This document shows, one piece after another, positions 22,372 through 31,122 of a stretch of 32,542 bases of DNA. Both the position numbers and the translations under genes were made by a program. Within the stretch, counting starts at the first letter, position 1. Each line of letters starts with the position of its first letter. Origin of the DNA: Candidatus Woesearchaeota archaeon (lineage in GTDB: Archaea > Nanobdellota > Nanobdellia > Woesearchaeales > WJIZ01); contig JAGVXW010000026.1 of assembly GCA_018303575.1 (NCBI GenBank), positions 1-32,542 of the forward strand, read 5' to 3'. The notes beneath the pieces are model-generated. The model was not told the DNA's origin and did not search any database. It was given only the letters and a program-made list of their open reading frames with translations.

Positions 22372-22887
22372 ATGGCGAAAGAACTCAAATCGATCGTGCG
22401 CGTGGCCAACGTCGATTTCGACGGCATGAGGCCGGTGCACCATGAATTAACCAAGATTAAGGGAGTAGGGATGAACTACGCCCATCTTCTCTGCACAGTC
22501 ATCGGCATCAGCGACGGCAGGAAGGCGGGGGAGCTTTCCGAGCAGGAACTGGCGAAAATCGAGGACGCGCTGCAGAATCCAACTAAATACGGGGTTCCGG
22601 CATGGATGATGAACCGGCGGGCTGACCCGGAGACAGGGGCGAACGGCCATTTGTTTGGAGCAACACTGACATTCACGCGCGACAACGACATCAAGCTCAT
22701 GCGCAAGATACGTTCATATAAGGGCGTCCGGCACGGCCTTGGGTTGCCGGTGCGCGGACAGAGCACGAAGAGCAATTTCAGGAAGAACAAGGGAAAAGTG
22801 CAGGGCGTCATCAAGAAGAAGGAAGTGCCTGCTGCGGGAGCGGCAAAGGAAGCGCCCAAGGAAAAGCCGGAGAAGGGGAAGAAGTAA
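22372..22887 (+). CDS. rps13: 30S ribosomal protein S13 (uS13)
   Basis: MAKELKSIVRVANVDFDG...IKGVGMNYAHLLC...KGVRHGLGLPVRGQSTKSN matches archaeal S13. The ORF opens at 22351, but the conserved N-terminus starts at the ATG at 22372. Confidence 0.9.
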   Translation: MAKELKSIVRVANVDFDGMRPVHHELTKIKGVGMNYAHLLCTVIGISDGRKAGELSEQELAKIEDALQNPTKYGVPAWMMNRRADPETGANGHLFGATLTFTRDNDIKLMRKIRSYKGVRHGLGLPVRGQSTKSNFRKNKGKVQGVIKKKEVPAAGAAKEAPKEKPEKGKK

Positions 22888-23520
22888 ATGGGAGACCCGC
22901 GCAAGCTCAGGAAGCAGTACACCGCGCCCAGCCACCCCTGGGAGCGCGCCAGGATCGAGAAGGAGCGCGGCATCATGAAGAGCTACGCGCCCAAGAACAA
23001 GCTCGAGATCTGGAAGATGGACTCCATCGTGAAGAGCTGCAAGGACCAGGCGAAGAAGCTGTCCGCGCTGCGCACGAAGCAGGCCGAGAAGGAGCAGAAG
23101 CTTCTGCTTGACCGGCTATTCCGGATGGGCCTTATCGAGGAAAACTCTACTCTTGAGAATATCCTTACACTCAAGCTTGAAGATGTCATGGAGCGGAGGC
23201 TGCAGACGATGGTGATGAAGCGCGGCCTGGCACGCAGCATGACCCAAGCGAGACAATTTATCACGCACGGCCACATCCGTGTCGGAGATACGGTCATGAC
23301 CTCGCCTTCCTATCTCGTCAAACGGAGCGAGGAGGGTGCGATCTCCTTCCGGCCTGCGTCTAGGCTTTCGGATCCGGAGCACCCGGAGCGGAAGGCGGAG
23401 AAAAAGCCGAAGATTTCGAAAGCGCAGAAGGAAGCGGAGAGAAAGGCGGCTGAAACGAAGACTGAAGCCCCGAAGGTGGAGACAGCTGAAGCGCCTGTTG
23501 AAACGAAGGTGGAAGCATGA
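22888..23520 (+). CDS. rps4: 30S ribosomal protein S4 (uS4)
   Basis: [19 protein letters not shown]...[38 protein letters not shown] is archaeal S4 with its S4 RNA-binding domain. It starts immediately after the rps13 stop. Confidence 0.9.
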   Translation: MGDPRKLRKQYTAPSHPWERARIEKERGIMKSYAPKNKLEIWKMDSIVKSCKDQAKKLSALRTKQAEKEQKLLLDRLFRMGLIEENSTLENILTLKLEDVMERRLQTMVMKRGLARSMTQARQFITHGHIRVGDTVMTSPSYLVKRSEEGAISFRPASRLSDPEHPERKAEKKPKISKAQKEAERKAAETKTEAPKVETAEAPVETKVEA

Positions 23521-23909
23521 ATGAACTGCGATGGGGGATTGCGCACATCTATTCCTCTTATAATAACACGATCATCCATGTGACAGACATTTCCGGGACA
23601 GAGAGCATGGCCCGCACGTCCGGCGGGCAAGTCGTGAAGTCGGACAGGATGGAAAGCTCGCCGACAGCGGCGATGATCGCGGCGAAGAAGGCGGGCGAAA
23701 TCATCCGCGACAAGGGCATCACTGCCTTACACGTCAAGATTAAGGCGCCGGGCGGCCACAACGGGCCGAACAACCCGGGACCAGGAGCGCAGGCCGCGAT
23801 CCGGGCCTTCTCGCGTATGGGCTTCAGGATCGGCATCATCGAGGATGTCACGCCTCTCCCCCATGACGGATGCCGGAAGAAGGGCGGCAAGCGCGGCAGG
23901 AGGGTCTAA
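23517..23909 (+). CDS. rps11: 30S ribosomal protein S11 (uS11)
   Basis: [22 protein letters not shown]...[13 protein letters not shown]...[33 protein letters not shown] matches S11. It overlaps rps4 by 4 nt. Confidence 0.9.
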   Translation: MNELRWGIAHIYSSYNNTIIHVTDISGTESMARTSGGQVVKSDRMESSPTAAMIAAKKAGEIIRDKGITALHVKIKAPGGHNGPNNPGPGAQAAIRAFSRMGFRIGIIEDVTPLPHDGCRKKGGKRGRRV

Positions 23910-23910
23910 A

Positions 23911-24678
23911 ATGGATGTCTCTCTTTTTGAGAAAAGCAAGGATGGACTGACTGCTAAGCTGCTCATCCGGGGCACGACTCCCGCTTTCGTGAACGCGCTG
24001 CGCCGGGCCATCCTTGAGGAAGTGCCTACCTTCGCGATCGAGGACGTGGAGTTCAGGAAGAACAACTCCATTCTTTATGATGAGATTATCGCCCATAGAT
24101 TGGGGCTGATTCCGCTCAAGACAGACTTGAAAGGATACCGGATGCTCAAGCCAGGCGAGGAGCCCGGAAAGGCGCACCAAGTCACGTTTTCGCTCAAGAC
24201 CACCAAACAGGGCAATGTGGTTGCCGGGGACATGGACAGCACGGACAAGAGCGTCGTGCCTGTGTATCCTGACATGGTGATCACCAAGCTCCTGAAGGGG
24301 CAGAACATCGAGTTCGAGGCCGTGGCTGTGCTGGGCAAGGGCAAGGGGCACAGCAAGTGGTGCCCGGCGCACGTGTATTACTATAATGAGCCTAAGATTA
24401 CTGTGACTAATGACCCCAAGCTGCTCGAGGAGACGCGGAGCAAGTATCCGCCGCAGATCTTTGACGCTTCGGGCAAGATCGACAAGGCGCTCATCTCCAC
24501 TCCCCAGCTCATCGACGCCTGCGAGGGCGTGTCGAAGCTCGTCGAGATTGAGCGCAAGGACGACAGCTTCGTGTTTGTCGTCGAGTCCTGGGGCCAGCTC
24601 ACGCCGAAGCAGATTTTGGTCGAGGCGGTAGAGCAGCTGGACGCCCAGTTCGAGGATGTTGCGGGGCTGATGAAATAA
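23911..24678 (+). CDS. rpoD: DNA-directed RNA polymerase subunit D (Rpo3)
   Basis: The internal ATG of the 23845 ORF lies directly after the rps11 stop. LIRGTTPAFVNALRRAILEEVPTFAIEDVEFRKNNSILYDEIIAHRLGLIPLKTD matches the RpoD/alpha-like family. No cysteine cluster for an Fe-S domain is evident. Confidence 0.9.
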   Translation: MDVSLFEKSKDGLTAKLLIRGTTPAFVNALRRAILEEVPTFAIEDVEFRKNNSILYDEIIAHRLGLIPLKTDLKGYRMLKPGEEPGKAHQVTFSLKTTKQGNVVAGDMDSTDKSVVPVYPDMVITKLLKGQNIEFEAVAVLGKGKGHSKWCPAHVYYYNEPKITVTNDPKLLEETRSKYPPQIFDASGKIDKALISTPQLIDACEGVSKLVEIERKDDSFVFVVESWGQLTPKQILVEAVEQLDAQFEDVAGLMK

Positions 24679-24682
24679 AGGA

Positions 24683-24729
24683 AACTGCGGTTTCCAGTAT
24701 CGCAAAATCCAAGCGGGATTTTGCGATGA
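24683..24729 (+). terminator. Two hairpins between rpoD and tRNA-Leu(GAG) (possible terminator or processing signals)
   Basis: GGAAAC-TGCG-GTTTCC is followed by a perfect 12-bp inverted repeat, ATCGCAAAATCC-AAGCG-GGATTTTGCGAT. Function not established. Confidence 0.3.
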
Positions 24730-24733
24730 AAAC

Positions 24734-24817
24734 GCGGGAGTGGCAGAGCGGTCAAATGCGCTAGGTTGAGGGCCTAGTCCCTTAGTGGGTGCGAGGGTTC
24801 GAACCCCTTCTCCCGCA
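24734..24817 (+). tRNA. tRNA-Leu (anticodon GAG), 84 nt
   Basis: GCGGGAG/TG/GCA-loop-TGC/G/CTAGG-TTGAGGG-CCTAG/variable arm TCCCTTAGTGGGTGC/GAGGG-TTCGAAC-CCCTT/CTCCCGC-A. Confidence 0.9.
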
Positions 24818-24914
24818 ACTGTTCCGGCAGTTGAGTGCGGAGTGGGGCGTGAAGCCCCACGCCAAACTCGCTGCACCCCAAAGGTTTGGAACATTGAGGA
24901 CGGTCAAGAAGAAC

Positions 24915-25256
24915 ATGTCAAACGCGACGAATGAAGGACTGAGGCAGCTGATCGCAAAGCTGGAGGCTTCCGAGGCGAAGATTTTGCATGCGGTAGCTGA
25001 CGGCATCTCCAAGTCCACGCGGGCGCGGCGGGAAGTGAACCTGGGGCGCATCAACAAGAATACCCAAGATGGGGAGATGATCATCGTGCCCGGCAAGGTG
25101 CTGGGTGGCGGGGAAATCAACCATAAAGTGACAGTATACGCGCTGAAGTTCTCGCAAAGCGCGGCGGACAAGCTGAAGAAAACCGGCTCCAGCATCCAGA
25201 CGCTCGAGCAGCTTCCTGAGAAGCTGGCCGGCAAAAGAGTGAGGATCATTGGATGA
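24915..25256 (+). CDS. rpl18e: 50S ribosomal protein L18e
   Basis: It uses an internal ATG of the 24789 ORF, whose upstream part overlaps the tRNA. RREVNLGRINKNTQDGEMIIVPGKVLGGGEINHKVTVYALKFSQSAADKLKKTG matches archaeal L18e. Confidence 0.85.
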   Translation: MSNATNEGLRQLIAKLEASEAKILHAVADGISKSTRARREVNLGRINKNTQDGEMIIVPGKVLGGGEINHKVTVYALKFSQSAADKLKKTGSSIQTLEQLPEKLAGKRVRIIG

Positions 25257-25292
25257 TTATCGAGAGCTTTTTGCAAAAAACCTCGGAAAATG

Positions 25293-25368
25293 CGTGGGTA
25301 AACACGAAGCCAAGCTTCGTGAGACCTTCCTTATGGAAGGTTTCGCGCCTTCGGTGCTCAAGCCCACG
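25293..25368 (+). other. 76-nt four-way-junction (cloverleaf-like) structured element in the rpl18e-rpl13 spacer; not a tRNA
   Basis: The closing stem CGTGGG/CCCACG encloses three hairpins: CACGAAGC-CAA-GCTTCGTG, ACCTTCC-TTAT-GGAAGGT and GCGCC-TTC-GGTGC. The G-T pairs favour the plus strand. The loops are too small for a tRNA. Confidence 0.3.
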
Positions 25369-25379
25369 GGAAAAGTAAC

Positions 25380-25793
25380 ATGATAATAGATGCTACAAAT
25401 AAGGTAGTGGGCAGGATTGCCACGGTCGCGGCCAAGCAGGCGCTCCTCGGAGAAGAGATCAGCATCGTGAACTGCGAGAAGGCCATCGTTACCGGCAAGC
25501 GCGCCTTCGTGCTGGCGGACGCGAAACGCAGGAGAGACCAGGGAACGTTCAAGGGCCCTTTCATATCCTCCAAGCCGGACAGGTATGTGAGGAGGGTCAT
25601 CAGAGGAATGCTGCCCTACCGGCAGGAAAAGGGAAGAAAAGCTTATCAGCGCGTGCTCTGCTACATCGGCATGCCCAAGACTTTCGAAGGGAAGGAGACG
25701 CTTGACGTCGGGCACGCTGACGCGGCCAAGACGCAGAATCTATACAAGGTGACGATCGGCGACATCTGCCGGCATCTCGGTGATACCCCATGA
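25380..25793 (+). CDS. rpl13: 50S ribosomal protein L13 (uL13)
   Basis: IIDATNKVVGRIATVAAKQALLGEEISIVNCEKAIVTG...VRRVIRGMLPY matches L13. Confidence 0.9.
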   Translation: MIIDATNKVVGRIATVAAKQALLGEEISIVNCEKAIVTGKRAFVLADAKRRRDQGTFKGPFISSKPDRYVRRVIRGMLPYRQEKGRKAYQRVLCYIGMPKTFEGKETLDVGHADAAKTQNLYKVTIGDICRHLGDTP

Positions 25794-26188
25794 GGCACGT
25801 TCATGTTTCAGGAAGGAGAAAGCAGGCCATCGCGCGCGCGTCCCTGAGCGAGGGCTCTGGAAAAGTGCGCGTCAACAAAGTTCTGCTGCAGCACTTCATG
25901 CCCCAAGTCTTGCGCATGCGCATGATGGAGCCCCTGTTGCTTGCTGGCGATCTTGCCGGCAAAGTGGATATTGACGTTGTCGTCGAAGGCGGCGGCATTT
26001 CCGGCCAGAGCGACGCGGCCCGGCTTGCGATCGCGCGCTCGCTCGTCGAGTATTCCAAGGGAGAGAAGCTCAAGAACACGTTCCTGGAGTATGACAGGTT
26101 GCTCCTCGTAGCCGATGTACGAAGGGGTGAACCTTCGAAACCGAACGATTCGAAGCCGAGGGCCAAAAGACAAAAAAGCTATCGCTAA
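25790..26188 (+). CDS. rps9: 30S ribosomal protein S9 (uS9)
   Basis: SGRRKQAIARASL...GGGISGQSDAARLAIARSLVEY...DVRRGEPSKPNDSKPRAKRQKSYR matches S9. It overlaps rpl13 by 4 nt. Confidence 0.9.
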   Translation: MRHVHVSGRRKQAIARASLSEGSGKVRVNKVLLQHFMPQVLRMRMMEPLLLAGDLAGKVDIDVVVEGGGISGQSDAARLAIARSLVEYSKGEKLKNTFLEYDRLLLVADVRRGEPSKPNDSKPRAKRQKSYR

Positions 26189-26202
26189 GCAGTGGTGAAA
26201 AA

Positions 26203-26400
26203 ATGATCATCCCCCAAAGATGCTGGAGTTGCGGCAAACCCATCTCACATTTGTTCGAGCAGTTCAAGGAAAGAGTTGCGAAGGGCGAGAGCAAGAAAGA
26301 GGTTCTCGACGCGCTCGGCCTTGAAAGATACTGCTGCCGCGCAGTGTTCCTCGGCCACGTCGACCTGATTGACATTGCGGCTGAGTTCAAGAAGGTTTGA
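26203..26400 (+). CDS. rpoN: DNA-directed RNA polymerase subunit N (Rpo10)
   Basis: MIIPQRCWSCGKPISHLFEQF...LGLERYCCRAVFLGHVDLI matches the RpoN/Rpb10 zinc-bundle pattern. Confidence 0.9.
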   Translation: MIIPQRCWSCGKPISHLFEQFKERVAKGESKKEVLDALGLERYCCRAVFLGHVDLIDIAAEFKKV

Positions 26401-26464
26401 GCAAGTTTTATATTCTTTTGTTTTGCGCCGAAATCTTTTTAGCTGCACAGAGATTTCCCTTGCT

Positions 26465-27577
26465 ATGCCGCGCCAGAGCCTTGTCCATCTCCTAGATGTT
26501 GAGCAGAGATCGGGCCAGTTCGCTGTGCCCTTGGCATCAGGCAGCGACCCTTTCATCGATACATGGATCGCCACAGCGCCGGAGAAGGCACCGCGGGTCG
26601 CAGAGCTTGGCCTCTATTATCTCGAAGGTGTCGCGCGAAAGTTCGGCATGTATTGGACGTCGCTGAAATCTTCCCTTATCGCCTATGGCATCATCCGCAT
26701 GGAAGACAATGGCACGAGCTGGCATCCTGTCAATTCGCTCTCCATCGCACAGGCGTTCAGCTGGCGGCATCGGGTCCCTATCGAAGACATTCTTTTGTCT
26801 GCTGAAAGAAACAGGAGCGCTGAATTCCGCTCGCTGCCCGCGCACCAGAGAGTTGCCCTTCTGCATGACGCCTATACCGGATCCTTTTGGTATTCCAATT
26901 TCTTGACGCGACAACGCCGGGCAATAGATAGCGCAGCTCCGCCGCCTGTTCCCGTCGACTATCCGGTCCATCGGGCGCAGCTTTACCATTGGTTCCCTGC
27001 GCTTGGCGATCCCCAGAACGCGTTAAGGAAGCTTGAGAGAGCCGGATTCCTTACCTTTTCCAGTGGCTCCCGCCTGACGAGAGCGGTGCCTCCGGGGGAC
27101 CTCTCGGCCCTCGTCGAGGTGGTCTACGGACAGGCGCCTGAGTTCTCGAGTCATGAGAAAGCCTTCGAGGACTTTGCGCGGTTTCTCGCTCGAGGGGCCT
27201 TGCGGAAAGTAATGGCCGAATATGGGCTTCAGCCTGACCAGCACTACTCGATACCGAAGTTAAGTTCTCTAACCGACAAAGATTATAACACGCTCAAGCA
27301 GGCAGAATATCGGGGCCTTCTCCGAGTCGAGAATGGGACCGTTCTGGGACGAGATGCTGCTGTCTATCTTGCCAAATCCGGGTTGCCGTTGCGGATGACC
27401 GTCGGGGAGCTTCATGAATTCTTTGGGGCCTTTTGCTACGCTTCTCTGGGCTGGCAGACAAGCAAGGACAGCACCTATAGCGTCAGAAGGTATGTCCGGC
27501 CGACGATTGACCGGGTCGCCCGACAGGCACAAGAATATCTTGCGAACCTCAGGATGCGGCCCTTAGCGCTGGTTTGA
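26465..27577 (+). CDS. Orphan 370-aa protein with several winged-helix-like segments
   Basis: The ORF opens at 26369, overlapping rpoN. I start at MPRQSL (26465) because TATA-like TTTTATATT (26406..26414) lies inside the extension. Possible wHTH segments are SLIAYGIIRMEDNGTSWHPV, ALRKLERAGFLTFSSGSRLTRAV and LKQAEYRGLLRVENGTVLGRD. No family recognised. Confidence 0.5.
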   Translation: MPRQSLVHLLDVEQRSGQFAVPLASGSDPFIDTWIATAPEKAPRVAELGLYYLEGVARKFGMYWTSLKSSLIAYGIIRMEDNGTSWHPVNSLSIAQAFSWRHRVPIEDILLSAERNRSAEFRSLPAHQRVALLHDAYTGSFWYSNFLTRQRRAIDSAAPPPVPVDYPVHRAQLYHWFPALGDPQNALRKLERAGFLTFSSGSRLTRAVPPGDLSALVEVVYGQAPEFSSHEKAFEDFARFLARGALRKVMAEYGLQPDQHYSIPKLSSLTDKDYNTLKQAEYRGLLRVENGTVLGRDAAVYLAKSGLPLRMTVGELHEFFGAFCYASLGWQTSKDSTYSVRRYVRPTIDRVARQAQEYLANLRMRPLALV

Positions 27578-27619
27578 TTCCTAAACATTTAAGTATCATT
27601 TCCGATTCTGAATTCGGGT

Positions 27620-30235
27620 ATGGCAGATTTCAACGCGATCGCTCGGAAATGGCAGAAGAAGTGGGAGGAGGCGAAGGCCTTCCGTGCGTCGGAAAAAGGC
27701 AGGAAATTCTACGTGCTCGAGATGTTCCCCTATCCTTCCGCTTCCGGGCTGCACATGGGCCACGCGCTCAATTATACGATTGGAGACATCTTCGCGAGGT
27801 TCAAGCGGATGCAAGGCTACTCGGTGCTGCATCCGATGGGATTTGACTCCTTCGGCCTGCCTGCGGAGAATGCCGCCATCGCGGCAAAGAGCCACCCCAA
27901 GAAATTCACCGAGGAAGCGATCACGAACTACATCGCGCAGATGAAGGGGCTGGGCCTGAGCTATGACTGGGAGCGCAGGGTGGAAACGCACAAGCCCGAT
28001 TATTATCGGTGGGACCAGTGGATTTTCCTGAAGATGCTGGAAAAGGGACTGGCGTACAAAAAGGAGGCTCCAGTGAACTGGTGCCCGAAGTGCAACACGG
28101 TGCTGGCGAACGAGCAGGTGCACGCCGGGAAATGCTGGAGGCATGAGGACACTGAGGTGCACGTCAGGCAGCTTGAGCAATGGTTCCTCAAAACAACCGC
28201 GTATGCCGACGAGCTTTACGAGGGAATCGAGAAGCTGGAAGGGTGGCCGGAGCTCATCAAAACGCTGCAGCGCAACTGGATCAACCGCAGCGAGGGCACG
28301 GAAATCACCTTCACGATCAACGGCAGGCCCTGGCCCATCTTCACGACGCGCACCGACACGCTTTTTGGAGTCACCTTCCTCGTTGTGAGCGCTCGGCACC
28401 CGAGGCTGCAAGAGTTCGTGACGCCAGGGCAAAAGGCGGCGGTCGAGGCCTTCACCAAGAAAATCCATACAACCAAACAAGAGGATCTTGAGACGCTGGA
28501 GAAAGAAGGAGTGTTCACCGGCAGCACCGCGCTGCATCCGTTGACTGGAGAAAAAATCCCGGTCTGGGCAGGCAACTTCGTGCTCGCGGACTACGGCTCC
28601 GGCATGGTGATGGCGGTGCCGGCGCACGACCAGCGCGATTTCGTGTTCGCAAAGAAATATGGCATCCCGATCAAGGTTGTTGTCCAGCCACAAGGTAAGG
28701 TTCCTGCAATCCGGGCTTTTGCCGAAGATGGAACGCTCGTGGACTCCAGCTCTTATTCCGGGATGACAAGCGCAGAGGCGAGGGAGCAGATAACGAGCGA
28801 TCTTGAGAAGGAAAAGAAAGGGAAAAAATCTGTGCAGTATCGGCTGAAAGACTGGCTCATCTCGCGGCAGCGCTTCTGGGGGACGCCCATTCCCATCATC
28901 TATTGCCAGAAATGCGGAACCGTGCCTGTGCCTGAGAAGGACTTGCCGGTCGTGCTGCCAGAAGACATCAGCTTCTCCGACGTGACGAATCCACTCGCGT
29001 CCTCGAAGAAATTCCTTGAGACAGCGTGCCCCCGCTGCAAGGGAAAGGCACGGCGCGAGACAGATACGATGGACACGTTCGTGAATTCCTCCTGGTACCA
29101 GCTGCGCTACACAGATCCCAAAAACAAGCGGGCGATTTTTGATCCCCAAAAGGCGGGGTTCTGGAACCCGATCGACTTGTACATCGGGGGCAAGGAGCAC
29201 GCCTGCATGCACTTAATCTATATCCGCTTCTACACGAAATTCCTGCGCGACTTGGGGCTGCTTCCTTTTGATGAACCGGCAGTGAAGCTCTTCAACCAGG
29301 GCATCCTGCTCGGGCCTGACGGCAACAAGATGTCGAAGTCGCTCGGCAATGTCATCGTGCCCGAGCACGCGATCGGCAAATACGGAGTCGATACCGTCCG
29401 GCTCTTCCTCGTCTCTGTCGCCGCCCCGGACAAGGACATCCTCTGGAGCGAGCAGGGAGTCGAGGGCAGCCTGCGCTTCCTCAAGAAAGTGGAGGAGTTT
29501 TTTTCCAAATATGCTCCGGGAAAAACGAGCAAGAGGCTTGAAAGCAAGCTCCACCGCGCGATCCGCGACGTGACCCCGGATATCGAATCGATGAAATACA
29601 ATAACGCCGTGATAAAACTCAGGGAAGTGTTCGACACTTTCGAAGAAAAGATGTCGAAGCACGATGCAGAAGCTTTTATTCTCATGCTTTCCCCATTCGC
29701 GCCGCACTTCGCCGAGGAACTCTGGGAACACATCGGCAACAAGCCGTTCGTTTCCTCGTCCTCCTGGCCGAAGCATGATGCCGGAAAGATTGATGAAAAG
29801 CTTGACATACTTGACGCGCTCAACCAGAGGCTGAGAAAAGACATCATCGATATCCTTGGGCTGCTCAAGGTGCAGAAGCCTTCCGGACTCACGCTCATCG
29901 TCGCGGAACGCTGGAGATATGATTTTGTGAAAATGTTCCGCGCTGCGGCAGCGGAGACTCGCAATTTCAAAGCTCTTCTAGGGAAATTGCTTTCCGGCGA
30001 CCTCAAGAAGCATGGCCAGGATGTCACAAAGCTTATTTCCGCCTTCCTGAAAGACCCGACAAAAGTCCCGCCGGTGGATTTCACCCAGCAAGAGGAGCTT
30101 GAAGCGCTTGAGGGCTTCAAAGCTGAGATTGAGCAAGAGTTCGGGTGCGCAGTGAACATTGAGCTCGCGGAAGCCTCGAAGGAGCAGAAGGCGAAAAACG
30201 CGCTGCCGGGAAAGCCGGCAATCATCGTCTCATGA
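27620..30235 (+). CDS. leuS: Leucyl-tRNA synthetase, bacterial-type architecture
   Basis: 871-aa ORF. MFPYPSASGLHMGHALNYTIGDIFARFKRMQGYSVLHPMGFDSFGLPAENAAI...VNWCPKCNTVLANEQV...QRNWINRSEG...KMSKSLGN is collinear with E. coli-type LeuRS as I remember it. A TATA-like box lies about 30 nt upstream. Confidence 0.95.
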   Translation: MADFNAIARKWQKKWEEAKAFRASEKGRKFYVLEMFPYPSASGLHMGHALNYTIGDIFARFKRMQGYSVLHPMGFDSFGLPAENAAIAAKSHPKKFTEEAITNYIAQMKGLGLSYDWERRVETHKPDYYRWDQWIFLKMLEKGLAYKKEAPVNWCPKCNTVLANEQVHAGKCWRHEDTEVHVRQLEQWFLKTTAYADELYEGIEKLEGWPELIKTLQRNWINRSEGTEITFTINGRPWPIFTTRTDTLFGVTFLVVSARHPRLQEFVTPGQKAAVEAFTKKIHTTKQEDLETLEKEGVFTGSTALHPLTGEKIPVWAGNFVLADYGSGMVMAVPAHDQRDFVFAKKYGIPIKVVVQPQGKVPAIRAFAEDGTLVDSSSYSGMTSAEAREQITSDLEKEKKGKKSVQYRLKDWLISRQRFWGTPIPIIYCQKCGTVPVPEKDLPVVLPEDISFSDVTNPLASSKKFLETACPRCKGKARRETDTMDTFVNSSWYQLRYTDPKNKRAIFDPQKAGFWNPIDLYIGGKEHACMHLIYIRFYTKFLRDLGLLPFDEPAVKLFNQGILLGPDGNKMSKSLGNVIVPEHAIGKYGVDTVRLFLVSVAAPDKDILWSEQGVEGSLRFLKKVEEFFSKYAPGKTSKRLESKLHRAIRDVTPDIESMKYNNAVIKLREVFDTFEEKMSKHDAEAFILMLSPFAPHFAEELWEHIGNKPFVSSSSWPKHDAGKIDEKLDILDALNQRLRKDIIDILGLLKVQKPSGLTLIVAERWRYDFVKMFRAAAAETRNFKALLGKLLSGDLKKHGQDVTKLISAFLKDPTKVPPVDFTQQEELEALEGFKAEIEQEFGCAVNIELAEASKEQKAKNALPGKPAIIVS

Positions 30236-31122
30236 TCCTCGTCATCGGCGCTGGTCCCATTGGCACGATTCTAGGAAGCCTGGAAGGGGCTATCATCGCT
30301 GCTCGCGGAACACGCTTGGAGTTTCTGCAGAAGAACGGCATTATTCTCGACGGAAAACTTCCCTTAAGAAAAGAAGTTCCTGTCGTATCCGCGCCTCATG
30401 AACTGAAAGAAAAAGCGGAATTTGTCCTGATTTGCACCAAATCGCAAGACACCGAAAGCGCGATTCTCCAATGGAAGGCGGCTGTCGGAAAAGAGACGCT
30501 CGTTGTTTCTGTTTCAAACGGCTGGGGGAATGAAGATGCTCTTGCCAAGCACATTCCCAAGGATCACATCATCGGGGGCGTGACGTACATCGGCGTGCAG
30601 ATGAAGGAGGGCGGCAGCATCTGGGTGCATGGAGCGGGCAAGACAATCATTGGCGGATATTTTGATGCTCGATTGAATCCACGATTGGAACATTTGAAGA
30701 AAAAATTTGAAGAAGCGGGGCTGCCCTGCGTCATCAGCGAAGATATCAAACAGGACATCGCCAAGAAGTTTCTTGTGAACGTCGGGCTGAACGCGACTGG
30801 AGCCTTATTTCGCGCCAATAATATAGAAGTGGGGGAACGGCCGGAATGCCGGGCGCTCGCGGTCTCGCTGATGGAAGAGGCGATTCCTGTCCTGGAAAAG
30901 GAGGGCATCCAAGTGAGGAAAGAGTTTATCGAGGATTTCCTGGCTGGACTGAAGGCGCTGGGGCCGAACAAGAACAGCTTATGGGCGGATCTTGACAAGG
31001 GAAGGAAGACTGAAATCGCTTTCTTGAATGGCGCTGTGGTAGCGCTGGGGAAAAAGCACGGGATTCCGACGTCGAAGAACGAGGAGATTGTGGAGAAAAT
31101 CAAGCTCCTCGAGAAAAATTAG
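30232..31122 (+). CDS. panE: 2-dehydropantoate 2-reductase (ketopantoate reductase family)
   Basis: 296-aa ORF. The N-terminal ILVIGAGPIGT is a Rossmann motif. ...CTKSQDT...SVSNGWGN... and the C-terminal SLWADLDKGRKTEIAFLNGAVVALGKKHGIPTSKNE match the ApbA/PanE pattern. It overlaps the leuS stop by 4 nt. Confidence 0.8.
   Translation: MILVIGAGPIGTILGSLEGAIIAARGTRLEFLQKNGIILDGKLPLRKEVPVVSAPHELKEKAEFVLICTKSQDTESAILQWKAAVGKETLVVSVSNGWGNEDALAKHIPKDHIIGGVTYIGVQMKEGGSIWVHGAGKTIIGGYFDARLNPRLEHLKKKFEEAGLPCVISEDIKQDIAKKFLVNVGLNATGALFRANNIEVGERPECRALAVSLMEEAIPVLEKEGIQVRKEFIEDFLAGLKALGPNKNSLWADLDKGRKTEIAFLNGAVVALGKKHGIPTSKNEEIVEKIKLLEKN

Noticed and set aside
23848-24894. 348-aa minus-strand ORF
   Set aside because: It is antisense to rpoD and runs across the tRNA-Leu(GAG) gene. 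The plus-strand RpoD and tRNA assignments are far better supported.
27596-30225. Long minus-strand ORFs (27596..29212, 538 aa; 29230..30225, 331 aa)
   Set aside because: They are antisense to the unambiguous leuS gene. Their translations are Arg/Pro/Leu/His-rich with no motifs, the usual shadow ORFs of a GC-biased coding strand.
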